Positions 1 through 10,660 of a DNA stretch of 64,000 bases are shown piece by piece. Under the pieces are notes generated by a model. That model was not told the DNA's origin and did no database searches. It saw nothing but the letters and a program-made list of their open reading frames with translations. Where the stretch lies: NCBI RefSeq assembly GCF_001194135.2, contig NC_068982.1, forward strand, positions 137,617,721 through 137,681,720, given 5' to 3'. Position 1 is the first letter of the stretch; each line of letters begins with the position of its first letter. Made by a program: the position numbers and the translations under genes. Source of the stretch: Octopus bimaculoides (taxonomy: Eukaryota).

Positions 1-31
1 AAACCAAGGTCTTGGTGGCAGCAATGAGGGC

Positions 32-679
32 NNNNNNNNNNNNNNNNNNNNNNNNNNNNNNNNNNNNNNNNNNNNNNNNNNNNNNNNNNNNNNNNNNNNN
101 NNNNNNNNNNNNNNNNNNNNNNNNNNNNNNNNNNNNNNNNNNNNNNNNNNNNNNNNNNNNNNNNNNNNNNNNNNNNNNNNNNNNNNNNNNNNNNNNNNNN
201 NNNNNNNNNNNNNNNNNNNNNNNNNNNNNNNNNNNNNNNNNNNNNNNNNNNNNNNNNNNNNNNNNNNNNNNNNNNNNNNNNNNNNNNNNNNNNNNNNNNN
301 NNNNNNNNNNNNNNNNNNNNNNNNNNNNNNNNNNNNNNNNNNNNNNNNNNNNNNNNNNNNNNNNNNNNNNNNNNNNNNNNNNNNNNNNNNNNNNNNNNNN
401 NNNNNNNNNNNNNNNNNNNNNNNNNNNNNNNNNNNNNNNNNNNNNNNNNNNNNNNNNNNNNNNNNNNNNNNNNNNNNNNNNNNNNNNNNNNNNNNNNNNN
501 NNNNNNNNNNNNNNNNNNNNNNNNNNNNNNNNNNNNNNNNNNNNNNNNNNNNNNNNNNNNNNNNNNNNNNNNNNNNNNNNNNNNNNNNNNNNNNNNNNNN
601 NNNNNNNNNNNNNNNNNNNNNNNNNNNNNNNNNNNNNNNNNNNNNNNNNNNNNNNNNNNNNNNNNNNNNNNNNNNNNNN
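32..679. other. Assembly gap; others at 3880-4215, 12116-12257, 27542-27551, 58778-58965 and 61666-61989
   Basis: Runs of N. Confidence 0.99.
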
Positions 680-754
680 AGTGTCTTCTGCTTTAGCCCC
701 AGGCCACCCAATGCCTTGTAGTGGATTTAGTAGATGGAAACTGCAAGGAAGTTT

Positions 755-758
<4 letters not shown>

Positions 759-825
<67 letters not shown>

Positions 826-854
826 GTAGATAGATAGACAGATAGATAGGTAGG

Positions 855-886
<32 letters not shown>

Positions 887-910
887 AAGATAGATAGATA
901 GATAGGTAGA
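759..910. repeat. (TA)n/(TAGA)n compound microsatellite
   Basis: Visible directly. Many other (TA)n, (CA)n, (GA)n and (CAT)n tracts occur across the window. Confidence 0.95.
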
Positions 911-1055
911 TGGTTTCGATCTAGTTTGGATTCTTTGTCATCAAATTTGATGGCAAAGTATTCAAATTTGATTGCAAAGAATCCAAACTAGACTAAAAAC
1001 ATCTATATATAATATAGATGGCCTGTTAGCAATTCAAACCTAAAGGCAAATTTAT

Positions 1056-1416
1056 AAACAAGGGTACAAAATAGTACCAGCATTGCTAGAAACAAGAGTC
1101 AAAAATGACTCAAGAAGCCACAAAAAGCACTAATTCAATAAGCTGACGAAAGAGAGGCAGCGAGAAAGCTCCTTACCGTAGTGAGACAAACTCACACAAG
1201 AAGTAGCAGATATATCCACTGACGAGAGCTAAGATGAAATGATTCAAAGTTCAAAATCACGTAATATGGATATATCTCTTACTTCTGTGTGAGTTTGTCT
1301 CACTACAGTAAGAAGCTTTCCCATTTCCTCTCTTTCATCAACTTATTGAGTTAGTGCCTTTTGAGATTTTTTAACGCTTGTTTCTAACAACGCTGGTACT
1401 ATTCTGATCCTTGTTT
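1056..1416. repeat. Foldback element with ~150-160-bp imperfect inverted arms (1056-1218 and 1267-1416)
   Basis: The arms align by eye, e.g. gtagtgagacaaactcacac / gtgtgagtttgtctcactac and gatatatcca / tggatatatc. Confidence 0.9.
1210..1276 (+). ncRNA. Degenerate type I hammerhead-ribozyme-like motif
   Basis: Stem I ATATATCCA/TGGATATAT; CTGACGA at 1219; stem II GAGCT/AGTTC; (G>A)AAA at 1253; near-palindromic ATCACGTAAT; AUA triad. Confidence 0.6.
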
Positions 1417-1626
1417 TGTAGTAACATGTGCTTGAAAACATTAAGAACTGAAAGTGCTTGCACATCTATAAAAGCAAAACCCACACACATTTTGTGAAAT
1501 CTATTCCCAAAGGTTAGTGTCTTTTGACTTTCGAAAAAGGTTTTTTTTCTCAATCTTTAGTCTTTGAGAAAAAAATCTTTTCTCCAAATATTATAACTGT
1601 ATCAAGGAATTTCCAAAACACTCCAA

Positions 1627-1691
<65 letters not shown>

Positions 1692-2795
1692 GGAGCACTC
1701 TGTCGGTTCAGTGAAAGGATCAATAGAAAAAGTACCATACTTAAAAAAACGGTACTTTGGTTGATTTGTTCGACTAAAATTCTTCAAGGCAGTGCCCCAG
1801 CATGGCCACAGTCCATTGACTGAAACAATTAAAAGTATAAAAGATAGCAGAGGGTAGGAATATTCCAGCAATGAAACCGTGTTCCACATATGAGATCCAT
1901 GTCAAAGATACAAAGAAGAGAGTCAGCTTGTGTACTGTCAACAAACAAAATACAGACACAAATAATAAATGAAAAAATAAAATAAGGATAAAATAAGACA
2001 AAAAAAGTAAAATAAACACTTATGGAGAGTAATAAAAGCTGGATTTTTTTTTGTATTTTTTTTTTTTTACTAAAAATGTTAAGAGCTCAAAGAAAATAAA
2101 ACTTTTGACTCTGAAAATACCAACTATCTTTAGTAAAAGATAACAACCATATCAATTACAGATTAAGGTAACCATAACAACAACAACAGCTACTACTACA
2201 ACTATTACCACCACCCACCACCACCACCACCATCAACACTACCACCACCACTGCTACAGCCGTTGCTGCCACAATAACAACAACACTAAAAATAATGCAA
2301 AATAACTTAAGTAGAAAATGTTGATCTTAAGAATAAAATGGAATTCAACAAAAAAAAAGTTGTTTGAGACAAAATATAATGGAGCAAATTATCTGCTTAA
2401 CATTCCAAAATTACCCATTTTCTCCTTATAATCCTTGTCTAAATTAGGTGAGACTAAGCAAAATACTTTAAAAAAAAATTTTATCTGTTCTATTAAGTTT
2501 AAGTCAACCATCATCATCATCATCATCATCATCGTTTAATGTCCATTTTCCATGCTGGCATGGGTTGGACAGTTTGACAGGGGACTGCACCAGGCTCCAA
2601 TCTGTTCTGGCAATGTTTCTACAGCTGGATGCCCTTCCTAACGCCAACCACTCCGAGAGTGTAGTGGGTGCTTTTTATGTGCTACTGGCACAGGAGCCAG
2701 TCAGGTGGCACTGGCAATGACCCATGCATGAATGGTGTTTATTGCGTGCAACCAGCACGGGAGCCAGTCAGGCTCTTGCAATGGCACCACACTTG

Positions 2796-3400
2796 GATAT
2801 ACCCCCAGAGAAATTCAAAGCATTACCTCATTGGTTGGATAACTTCCTTCGGGAATATGAGTTCTCTCTAAGAAGATCAACAACCAACCAAGCAGGATGA
2901 TGTTGAAGTGATTCAACAAGCACTTGCATTCAAGTCCTTCATTGAGGGCATCAACTTTTCTAATACAATCTCTCCAATGGATGAGACTGCAGTATTTATG
3001 GGCCAAGGATCTCAAACAACAGTTGAACCGACAGGTGCCTCATCAATGTACCTTGCTTCAACTGGTTACGAAAGTGCAAGAGTTACTTGTATTTTAGCAA
3101 TTCGTCTTGATGGAACCGCTTATCATCCAAATGGCAAAAAAGAGAAAATGGAATGAGTTTCGGGCACTTATGTCCTTGAAATGGAAAAGGCTTGGTGCAC
3201 ACAAGCTGTTATAAGAAAATGGGTTGATTTAACTATGCCACTTGTTAAATTCTACTTGTTTTACGTGCTTCTCAAAGAGGTCTTTTAGTCTGGGATTCGG
3301 CCAGTATTCATGGTGCAAAAGCTTCCTTTCTCAAAGAATTTGTAGCAGAGATACATATTACATAGTAATATGTGAGTTGACCTGCACAGTAGACGAAAAT
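2796..3400 (+). mobile_element. Degenerate pogo-type transposase fragment (CENP-B-like HTH end and N-terminal DDE_1)
   Basis: Translates to FKALPHWLDNFLREYEFSLRRSTT, then MDETAVFMG..TGYESARVTCILAIRLDG, then WDSAS; frameshifted. Confidence 0.75.
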
Positions 3401-4215
3401 ATCGACGAGGTGTCTAGCCTCGCTTTGATATACTAGACTCGTTCTGAGCTACACTGTAGAAACTCTCAGTTCCTGCCAAGCTTCGGTCAAAGACACATGT
3501 CTTCTCTGCAGCTCCATGTGCGACTTGCATATCTATCCACCTCAACACAACATATATATGGTTTGTAAACGAAGATATTTTATCACATACACATTCTCAA
3601 AATGACTGTTCTCATTATACACATGCATACATACTGTAATACAAATATTATGTGTTACTTCTTTCAGTGCAAAAGCAAAAATCAAAACTTTCTTTGTATG
3701 TAAACATACGTTTTTGTGTCATACCACATGCTTCCACCACAAAAGGTGAACACAGAATAAACAATATATTTATACACAAAAATGTCTTATCGTGATTCAT
3801 ATTGACTGTTTTTACATTTAATAACACACACTTAAACAGCCAACGATAGCCACTATAAAATGGTGACTCCGGTATAATANNNNNNNNNNNNNNNNNNNNN
3901 NNNNNNNNNNNNNNNNNNNNNNNNNNNNNNNNNNNNNNNNNNNNNNNNNNNNNNNNNNNNNNNNNNNNNNNNNNNNNNNNNNNNNNNNNNNNNNNNNNNN
4001 NNNNNNNNNNNNNNNNNNNNNNNNNNNNNNNNNNNNNNNNNNNNNNNNNNNNNNNNNNNNNNNNNNNNNNNNNNNNNNNNNNNNNNNNNNNNNNNNNNNN
4101 NNNNNNNNNNNNNNNNNNNNNNNNNNNNNNNNNNNNNNNNNNNNNNNNNNNNNNNNNNNNNNNNNNNNNNNNNNNNNNNNNNNNNNNNNNNNNNNNNNNN
4201 NNNNNNNNNNNNNNN

Positions 4216-4618
4216 TTATTACTATTATTAATCAGGTCGCTGCCGTGAATCGAGCTCGGAACCTTGGGGTTAGTAGCCCGCGCTCTTAACCACTACGCCA
4301 TATGCCTGTGGGCAATTATGGGGTGAATTTTAAGGCTTATAAATCTATTATTTTTCTATCCTTCCTCAATATTGGTTCCCATATGCTATTCATATCTGCA
4401 CTCGGTCTGCTTAGGAGGTTGTTGTGTCCTAGTATATGCGCTGCTTCTTTTAGTTTTCGTTAGGAATGAGAACCCAGGTTCGTAATTTCCCCAAGACACC
4501 TGACGAAGGCTGGAGGGTATATCAGCCGAAACGTTGTGTTAATAACAAACAAGATGAGGACAAATATCCGTCAAATGTAAATAAGGTTAATAATTCCTCA
4601 TCTCTTAAATATAGAACT
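4216..4618. mobile_element. Penelope-like element end with inverted terminal segment
   Basis: Minus 4459-4337 reads RKLKEAAHILGHNNLLSRPSADMNSIWEPIL..* (like a GIY-YIG C-terminus), followed by a tRNA-like segment (4306-4232) and (AAT)n. Plus 4461-4618 is the hammerhead-containing terminal segment in the opposite orientation. Confidence 0.7.
4495..4540 (+). ncRNA. Minimal type I hammerhead ribozyme motif with intact core
   Basis: GACAC-CTGACGA-A-GGCTG(10 nt)CAGCC-GAAA-CG-TT-GTGTT; palindromic ACGT in place of stem III; GUU triad. Confidence 0.72.
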
Positions 4619-4764
4619 GTAATTCACTTTTGTTCTTGTAGCTGAATCAGGCTAAAAATAAATAAATATTTGGGAGTAGGGAAATAGTCAAATGTTCTTT
4701 TTTCTTTTGCCTATGTGAATTAATACACCATGCAGAAAGAATGATACACCATGAAGAAAGAAAA

Positions 4765-4938
4765 TTTCAAACCCTCGTCAATGACGAGCACTTTGGCGAC
4801 TGTAAACCCTTGCAACTTCTGCGCCACATGAAGGAATTGACCCAAAATGCACCAGCTGATAGTGCTTTATTGAAACAACTATACTTTTCCCCGGTTGCCC
4901 TCTAACGTCCAAGCCATCCTAGGCTCTATAGTGAATAT
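4765..4938 (+). mobile_element. Gypsy/Ty3 LTR-retrotransposon gag fragment
   Basis: FQTLVNDEHFGDCKPLQLLRHMKEL..LLKQLYFSRLPSNVQAILG matches the LGDxKPSQLLRxM...LFLxRLPxxVQAIL gag pattern. Confidence 0.65.
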
Positions 4939-4984
4939 TTCGTCTGCTGCGCAGGTCGATTCACATATTACTATGTAGCTCTGT

Positions 4985-5395
4985 TACAAATTGACCAGTT
5001 AATGATTCCGGCAGGAATGACTTCATATCTACAAACATTAGATTTTGTAATGAACAAGCCCGTCGAGGGTTATTTACGGATGGAAATGATTGAATATATG
5101 GAATACGAAAGGGAGAGAAATCAGTGTGGAAACTTTGTCAAATCCAACCTCCAAGAAGTCGTGAATTGGGCGAAGAATTCATGGAGTAATGTTACCGACA
5201 GTTGCGTTGCCAATGCACTACGAGCAGGGTACTTGGACAAAAAGTGTTCGTTTAAGGAAAGTTATATTGCCAAACATGAGAGATTGGGGTCCATGATTCT
5301 ACAGGAAGTGGATTTGCAAAAAATTCACTCCGAAGTTCTGGGTTTAATGATTTATGACGAAGTTCCAGAAGAGGACGAAATGTTTGTACTTCCCC
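4985..5395 (+). mobile_element. C-terminal part of a pogo-type transposase
   Basis: ORF 5002: IPAGMTSYLQTLDFVMNKP..LQEVVNWAKNSW fits the DDE_1 C-terminal pattern IPxGxTxxLQPLDxxxNKPFK. Confidence 0.75.
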
Positions 5396-5795
5396 ACCTG
5401 GATGGGAAGCCTGTCCATCACAGGATTACTCCGGCTGCGTGGCTCGTAAGGCAGCCGATACGTAGGCCTTTCCATCGCACCGGCGGTTCGGCTGCGGCCG
5501 TCCGCCGCCGAGGCGTCCGCATTCTCTTTACTCGCTGCCAATCGCTTCCCTCTCGCTGCTGCTTCTTCCTCTGCTTCTTCTTCTTCTTCTTCTTTCTCGT
5601 CCGCCTTGGCCGCCGTGTAACACACACACACATTTGATAATTAAAAACATGGGTTTCCTTTCACAATTTTATCCTTTTACTCGAGGACATGATACTCTTT
5701 TTGTCTTTCTCGGATTTTTTTTCCGCAAAAATATAAGACATCCCCACAAAATATGCCCTAAGGCGTTTTTTGGATACGAAATTAATATAAGAGCG

Positions 5796-5819
5796 GGTCT
5801 TATTTTCGGGGAAACACGG
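5796..5819 (-). mobile_element. Probable right terminal inverted repeat of the pogo element
   Basis: The reverse complement CCGTGTTTCCCCGAAAATAAGACC resembles pogo-like TIRs. The left TIR was not found. Confidence 0.5.
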
Positions 5820-6362
5820 AACACGATATATGTAGTTTTGTGGAGCTATGTTGTATGGCAAGTAAGTCGGTGTAAGGGAGGTAACTCTACGAAGGGACAC
5901 AATTCTTTTTAACTTTATCATCCAGTGAAATGGGCACCCGAGTCAGCAGGGTTAGTTCCATATCCCATATAAGCCTTGTGCCTTTAGTAGAAAGGACTAT
6001 TATTATTATTATTATTATTAAGGTGGCGAGCTGGCAGAATTGTTAACTCGCTGGACGAAATGCTTAACGGTATTTCGCCCATCGTTACTTTCTGAGATCA
6101 GATTCCGCCGAGGTCGATAGTTTACAGCTAATTCATATGCCATTCGCTATTCTTAATCTCTCTATTTTACTATGGGAGATGCAGTTGAACGTGTTCATAA
6201 AGCGTCGGCCCTATTGTAATGAATTCACTGCTTTCACACTCACAAAACACCAGGAGGCAAGGAGTGATGGGACTTAACCTACGTGACACAAGCCATTCTA
6301 AATCATCATCCTCATTTTAACATCTACTTTTCCATGTTTACATGGGTCAGCTTTTGTTTCTA

Positions 6363-6591
6363 TTGGGTTGTCCGGAAAGTTCGTGCCGATTTATAGTAGC
6401 ATACATTTCAACTTATTTGCCATGAAACCACCTCGATTCTGGGAAGAGGGTATTTTCAAGTTAAAGGAAAGATGGAAACGCATTGTGCAATAAAAATGGT
6501 TCATATTTGGTTGATTAAAAATGTAATAGCAAGTATTTATTGACCTTTTTGTTTCCTTTAAAAATCGGCACGAACTTTCCGGACAACCCAA
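6363..6591. mobile_element. Mariner-derived MITE (229 bp)
   Basis: Perfect 30-bp TIRs TTGGGTTGTCCGGAAAGTTCGTGCCGATTT with TA on both sides. The interior encodes a mariner C-terminus, FWEEGIFKLKERWKRIVQ. Confidence 0.92.
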
Positions 6592-6608
6592 TAAATACCA
6601 CGAATATA

Positions 6609-7150
6609 CGTGGACTGATCAATAAGTATCCAGACTGTTGCTATAGTAACGAAACTAAAGCACACAGAATGAAGCTGCTTGGCACAGATTGACCTTGAAC
6701 TCTTAAGTTTTAACATTCTAGCTCACTTCCACTGTTTGCAGCAGTGCTTGGAAGGGAGGTGTGTAGCGTGTGATCGTCACATTGACCATGACAGAGAAAG
6801 TTGAGCAGAGAATCTACATCAAATTTTGCCAAAAGCTTGGCGATACCTGCTCAGAGGCCTATGCAAAGTTTTCAAAAAGTTTCCATTGTTCTCCACACAA
6901 TCAAGATCTTGTGCAACTGAAACCTGAGTAACCTTTTGGTCAGCTGGAAGCAGTTTTGGCACAAACTTGGCAGACATGCGTCTCACACAAATCTTCAGTG
7001 ATAATGGACTGAACTGAACCGTAACTAATCTGCACATCCTCTGATAAGTCGCAGTTGGTGATTCAATGATTTGCCCTCACTGTTGCATGCACATCTGCAA
7101 TGTATTTCTCTTCTGCTGGTTGTGGGTCTCCCAGAACGTTCATCAATATC
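6609..7150. mobile_element. Rearranged mariner fragment, second family
   Basis: TA|CGTGGACTGATCAATAAGTATCCAGACT TIR-like start; plus-strand MTEKVEQRIYIKFCQKLG; minus-strand RRMSAKFVPKLL..NFLKT. Confidence 0.75.
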
Positions 7151-10100
7151 AACATTTTTCTGAATTCAAATTCAGCTCAGATCCACTTTGCTTTCATCCT
7201 TTTGAGATCGATAAAATAAGTACCAGTTGAACACTGGGGTTGATGTAATTGACTCACTCCCCCCACCAAATTGCTGGCCTTGTGCCAAAATTCAAACCTA
7301 ATATTATGTTACCAAATGTTAACTGATAGATGAACAGACTATATCTTCATCATCATCGTTTAACGTCTGTTTTCCATGCTGGCATGGGTTGGACGGTTCG
7401 ACTGGGGTCTGGGAAGCTGCACCAGGCCCCAATCTGATCTCGCAGTGTTTCTACAGCTGGATGCACTTCTTAACACCAACCACTCAGAGAGTGTAGTAAG
7501 TGCTTTTTATGTGCCACTGGCACAGGGGCCAGAGGAGCTGGCATCGACCACAATCAGACAGTGCTTTTTACGTGCCACTAGCATCGGCCACATTTGGATA
7601 GTACTTTTTACGTGCTACCGCCACGGGGTCACAACTACAATTTCCATTTGATTTGATTTTGATATTGTTGTTGATGTACTTGACTCAATAGATCTCCTCA
7701 AGCATGGCATGTTGCCTTAGAATCCAAGGTACTTTTGAGTGGGTTGGTTATGTGACACTGTAGGTTACAGGACTCACTTTATTTGCCAGGTCTTCTCAGT
7801 CACAGCATACCTCCAAAGGTCTCGGTCTTTTGTCATTGCCTCTGTGAGGATTTATATAAATTTCTTTTACTGGTTACATGTAGTCCTTTAACTGAGGTCA
7901 TGCGATGGCACTACCATCAAACGTTTTAGTTGTCCAGCTAGGTAGAAGCAACCACATTCCTTGAATGTGACAATACTGTGGTTTAACTCTGTCATCATCA
8001 AATTTCTAACAGAATACCTTGCCTTTCAACTAATGTTTTAATTTTGTTGGATATAATTAGTAAAATAGCAAATGTCTTCATTAACCCTTTAGCATTCAGA
8101 TTTCTTTGTCAAACATAATTCTTATTCATTCACATTGTCTTGCTTTAATCATGCAAGTATCTTCTACAGCACCAGGTCAACTAAAGCCTAAATGGATATA
8201 ATAAATGAAAACTGAAAGAAGCACATCATGTATATACATACTTGTGTATATATGTGAAGTGGTTAGTGTTAGGAAGGGCATCCAGCTGAAGAATCTTTAC
8301 CAAAGCAGAGAACAGAGCCTGGTGCAATCCTCTGGTCTATCAGCTATCCTCAGACCAGGGACATGATCTTAAACTGCAACAGAAGGATGTACTTCAGGTT
8401 ATCACTCTGATGAAGTAAATTCAGGGTTTTCACCATGTTACCATCCCCTTACGTTGTCTTTCAAGATTTTAAAACCTCTACTTCCTTACAATTTAAATAT
8501 AAAAGAAGCCTGATGTTTCCCATAGACCCCTTCCAACAGTAGAGAGGTTACCTTCTATAATACAGCACTGCATTCCGCCCCCACAGGTGTTATTTCAGGT
8601 GAGTTGATAATATATTCGCTCTGCATAATCGTCACACTTGCCCTCCCAATCATTCTTTCTGTGGCCATGCTGGGGCACTGCCTTGAAGAATTTTAGTCAA
8701 ACGAAATGACCCCAGCACTTATTTTTTATTTTTTAAGTCTGGTATTTATTTTATTGGTCTCTTTTACCAAACTGTTAAGTTATGAAGAAGACTGGTTGTC
8801 AAGCAGTGGGACTGGGAGCAAAACAGACACAAATACATATGATGGGCTTCTTTCAGTTTCCATCTACCAAACCCACTCAAAGGGCTTTGATTAATCTCAC
8901 TCTATAGTAAAAGACTTCTGCCCAAGGTGCCACAGAGTAGGATTGAACCTGGAACCATGTAGTTGGAAAGCAAAGTTCTTACCACACAGCCACACCTGCA
9001 CCTATCAATCACTATTTTCTCTCTTATATTCAGCTGTGACGAACATCATCATCATCACCTTCTTTTCACTTTCCAACTGGCAAAAACCATGTATCTCTTC
9101 TGGAAAACTGTGGTTCCCCTCCTCTCTAGCATCAAGCTGACCCCTCAATACTAAGTTAAAGGGTCTTGTCTTGTGAGTTACTCGATGACCTCACCAGTGC
9201 TAGTGATACACAAAAAAAAGTACCCAATACACACTGTGACATTATGAAGGGCATCAAGCTGTAGAACCCACACCGAAGCAGGTATTGAGAGCTTGGTGCA
9301 GTCCCCTGGCTCATTATCTCCTGTCAGACTATTAAACTCATGCCAGTATACATTAAAAAGTAAATTAAATTAGGTAATGATGACGACGATGACATATAGA
9401 AGTCGGTAATTCTGAGAACATTAACTATAGTTTCACCAATTTAACGAGTTTCTGCAGTGGAAAAAAATCAAGAGGATCTTAAAACCACACACACACACAC
9501 ACACACAACTACATGAATGTCATTAATTACATGACTAAATTTGCATTCAATATAATATTCTTTGTTTGTTTTTTTTGTTTTCTTGAGTTACAAAAAATTA
9601 ATTTACTTCTGTATGGACAACTTTATTTCCGTCACTAATTCCATGAACATCAAACGAGGGGAAGAAAATGGAAAAAAAGATGAAACAATTTTAAAAATTA
9701 AAACAAGTAAAAAAGTCGAAAATGATTTTATTGAATGCAAATATAGTTTATAGATTTAATGAAATCCATCTAGTGTTTTTCTTACACACATACACAAGAT
9801 ATTCAGGAGTTACACACACACACACATACAAGATATTCATATACGTACTTGCATACACATAAGATATTCATGTATAAAAACTTACACACACGCACACACA
9901 TTTACCAAAATTTTGCATATTATATTATACAGTGCTGGATCTTGTCTTGGTGGTCTCTGCTGACAGAGCAATAAGATGGTGCCATACCAGACTCTACGGC
10001 AATATCTCTTGGGATACAATTTATCACTTTATTTTGAACCAAACATTCAGATTTTTGTCTTATGAGTCTAGGTTCAAGAGGGGTTTAGGTCTAGAGAGAG

Positions 10101-10212
10101 AGAGAGAGACGGAAAGAGAAGAAAGAGAAAGAGAATGAAAAAGAGGCAGGGGGACAGGGATGGGGGTGGAAGAAGGGAGGAGGAGGATCAGTTATCAAAT
10201 AACATCTCTGCA

Positions 10213-10358
10213 TCAATCTTCAATTTCTAATGTGTCTAAGTCTTCGTCAAGTTGGTCAAGATCTTCAGCATCAAACAAGTCTTCATCAATTTGTACATTT
10301 GCATCTTCCTCACCATTGAGTTCTGAAAGGGCAGTTGCTTCAGACAGCTTGTTTTCTT
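10213..10358 (-). CDS. ZC3H15: ZC3H15 terminal exon 12 ([48 protein letters not shown])
   Basis: Acceptor tattag, phase 1, ends in TGA. ENKLSEA and the acidic tail match the vertebrate C-terminus. Confidence 0.92.
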
Positions 10359-10606
10359 CTAATAAAACAATTAAAATAAAAAAAAAGAGGTAAAAATAAC
10401 AGTAAAAAACACTGACAATCAATTTTGATGGAAATAAAATATGAAGAAAAAAAAGAACATAGATGCAGGAGTAGCTTGTTTACCAACCACATGGTTCCAG
10501 GTTCATTCCCACTGCGTGGCATCTTGAGCAAGTTTCTTCTACTATAGCCTCGGGCCGACCAAAGCCTCGAGTGGATTTGGTAGACGAAAACCGAAAGAAG
10601 CCCGTC

Positions 10607-10660
<54 letters not shown>

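Noticed and set aside
12-797. 261-aa ORF and other long ORFs containing X runs
   Set aside because: They are open only because they cross N gaps or microsatellites.
4232-4306. Functional tRNA gene
   Set aside because: The cloverleaf is incomplete, the B-box is altered, and it is embedded in a repeated mobile unit; treated as a tRNA-derived module.
5344-5633. Glu-rich or Lys/Arg-rich ORFs
   Set aside because: Both are products of the (CTT)n run and GC-rich island; there are no splice signals or recognisable domain.
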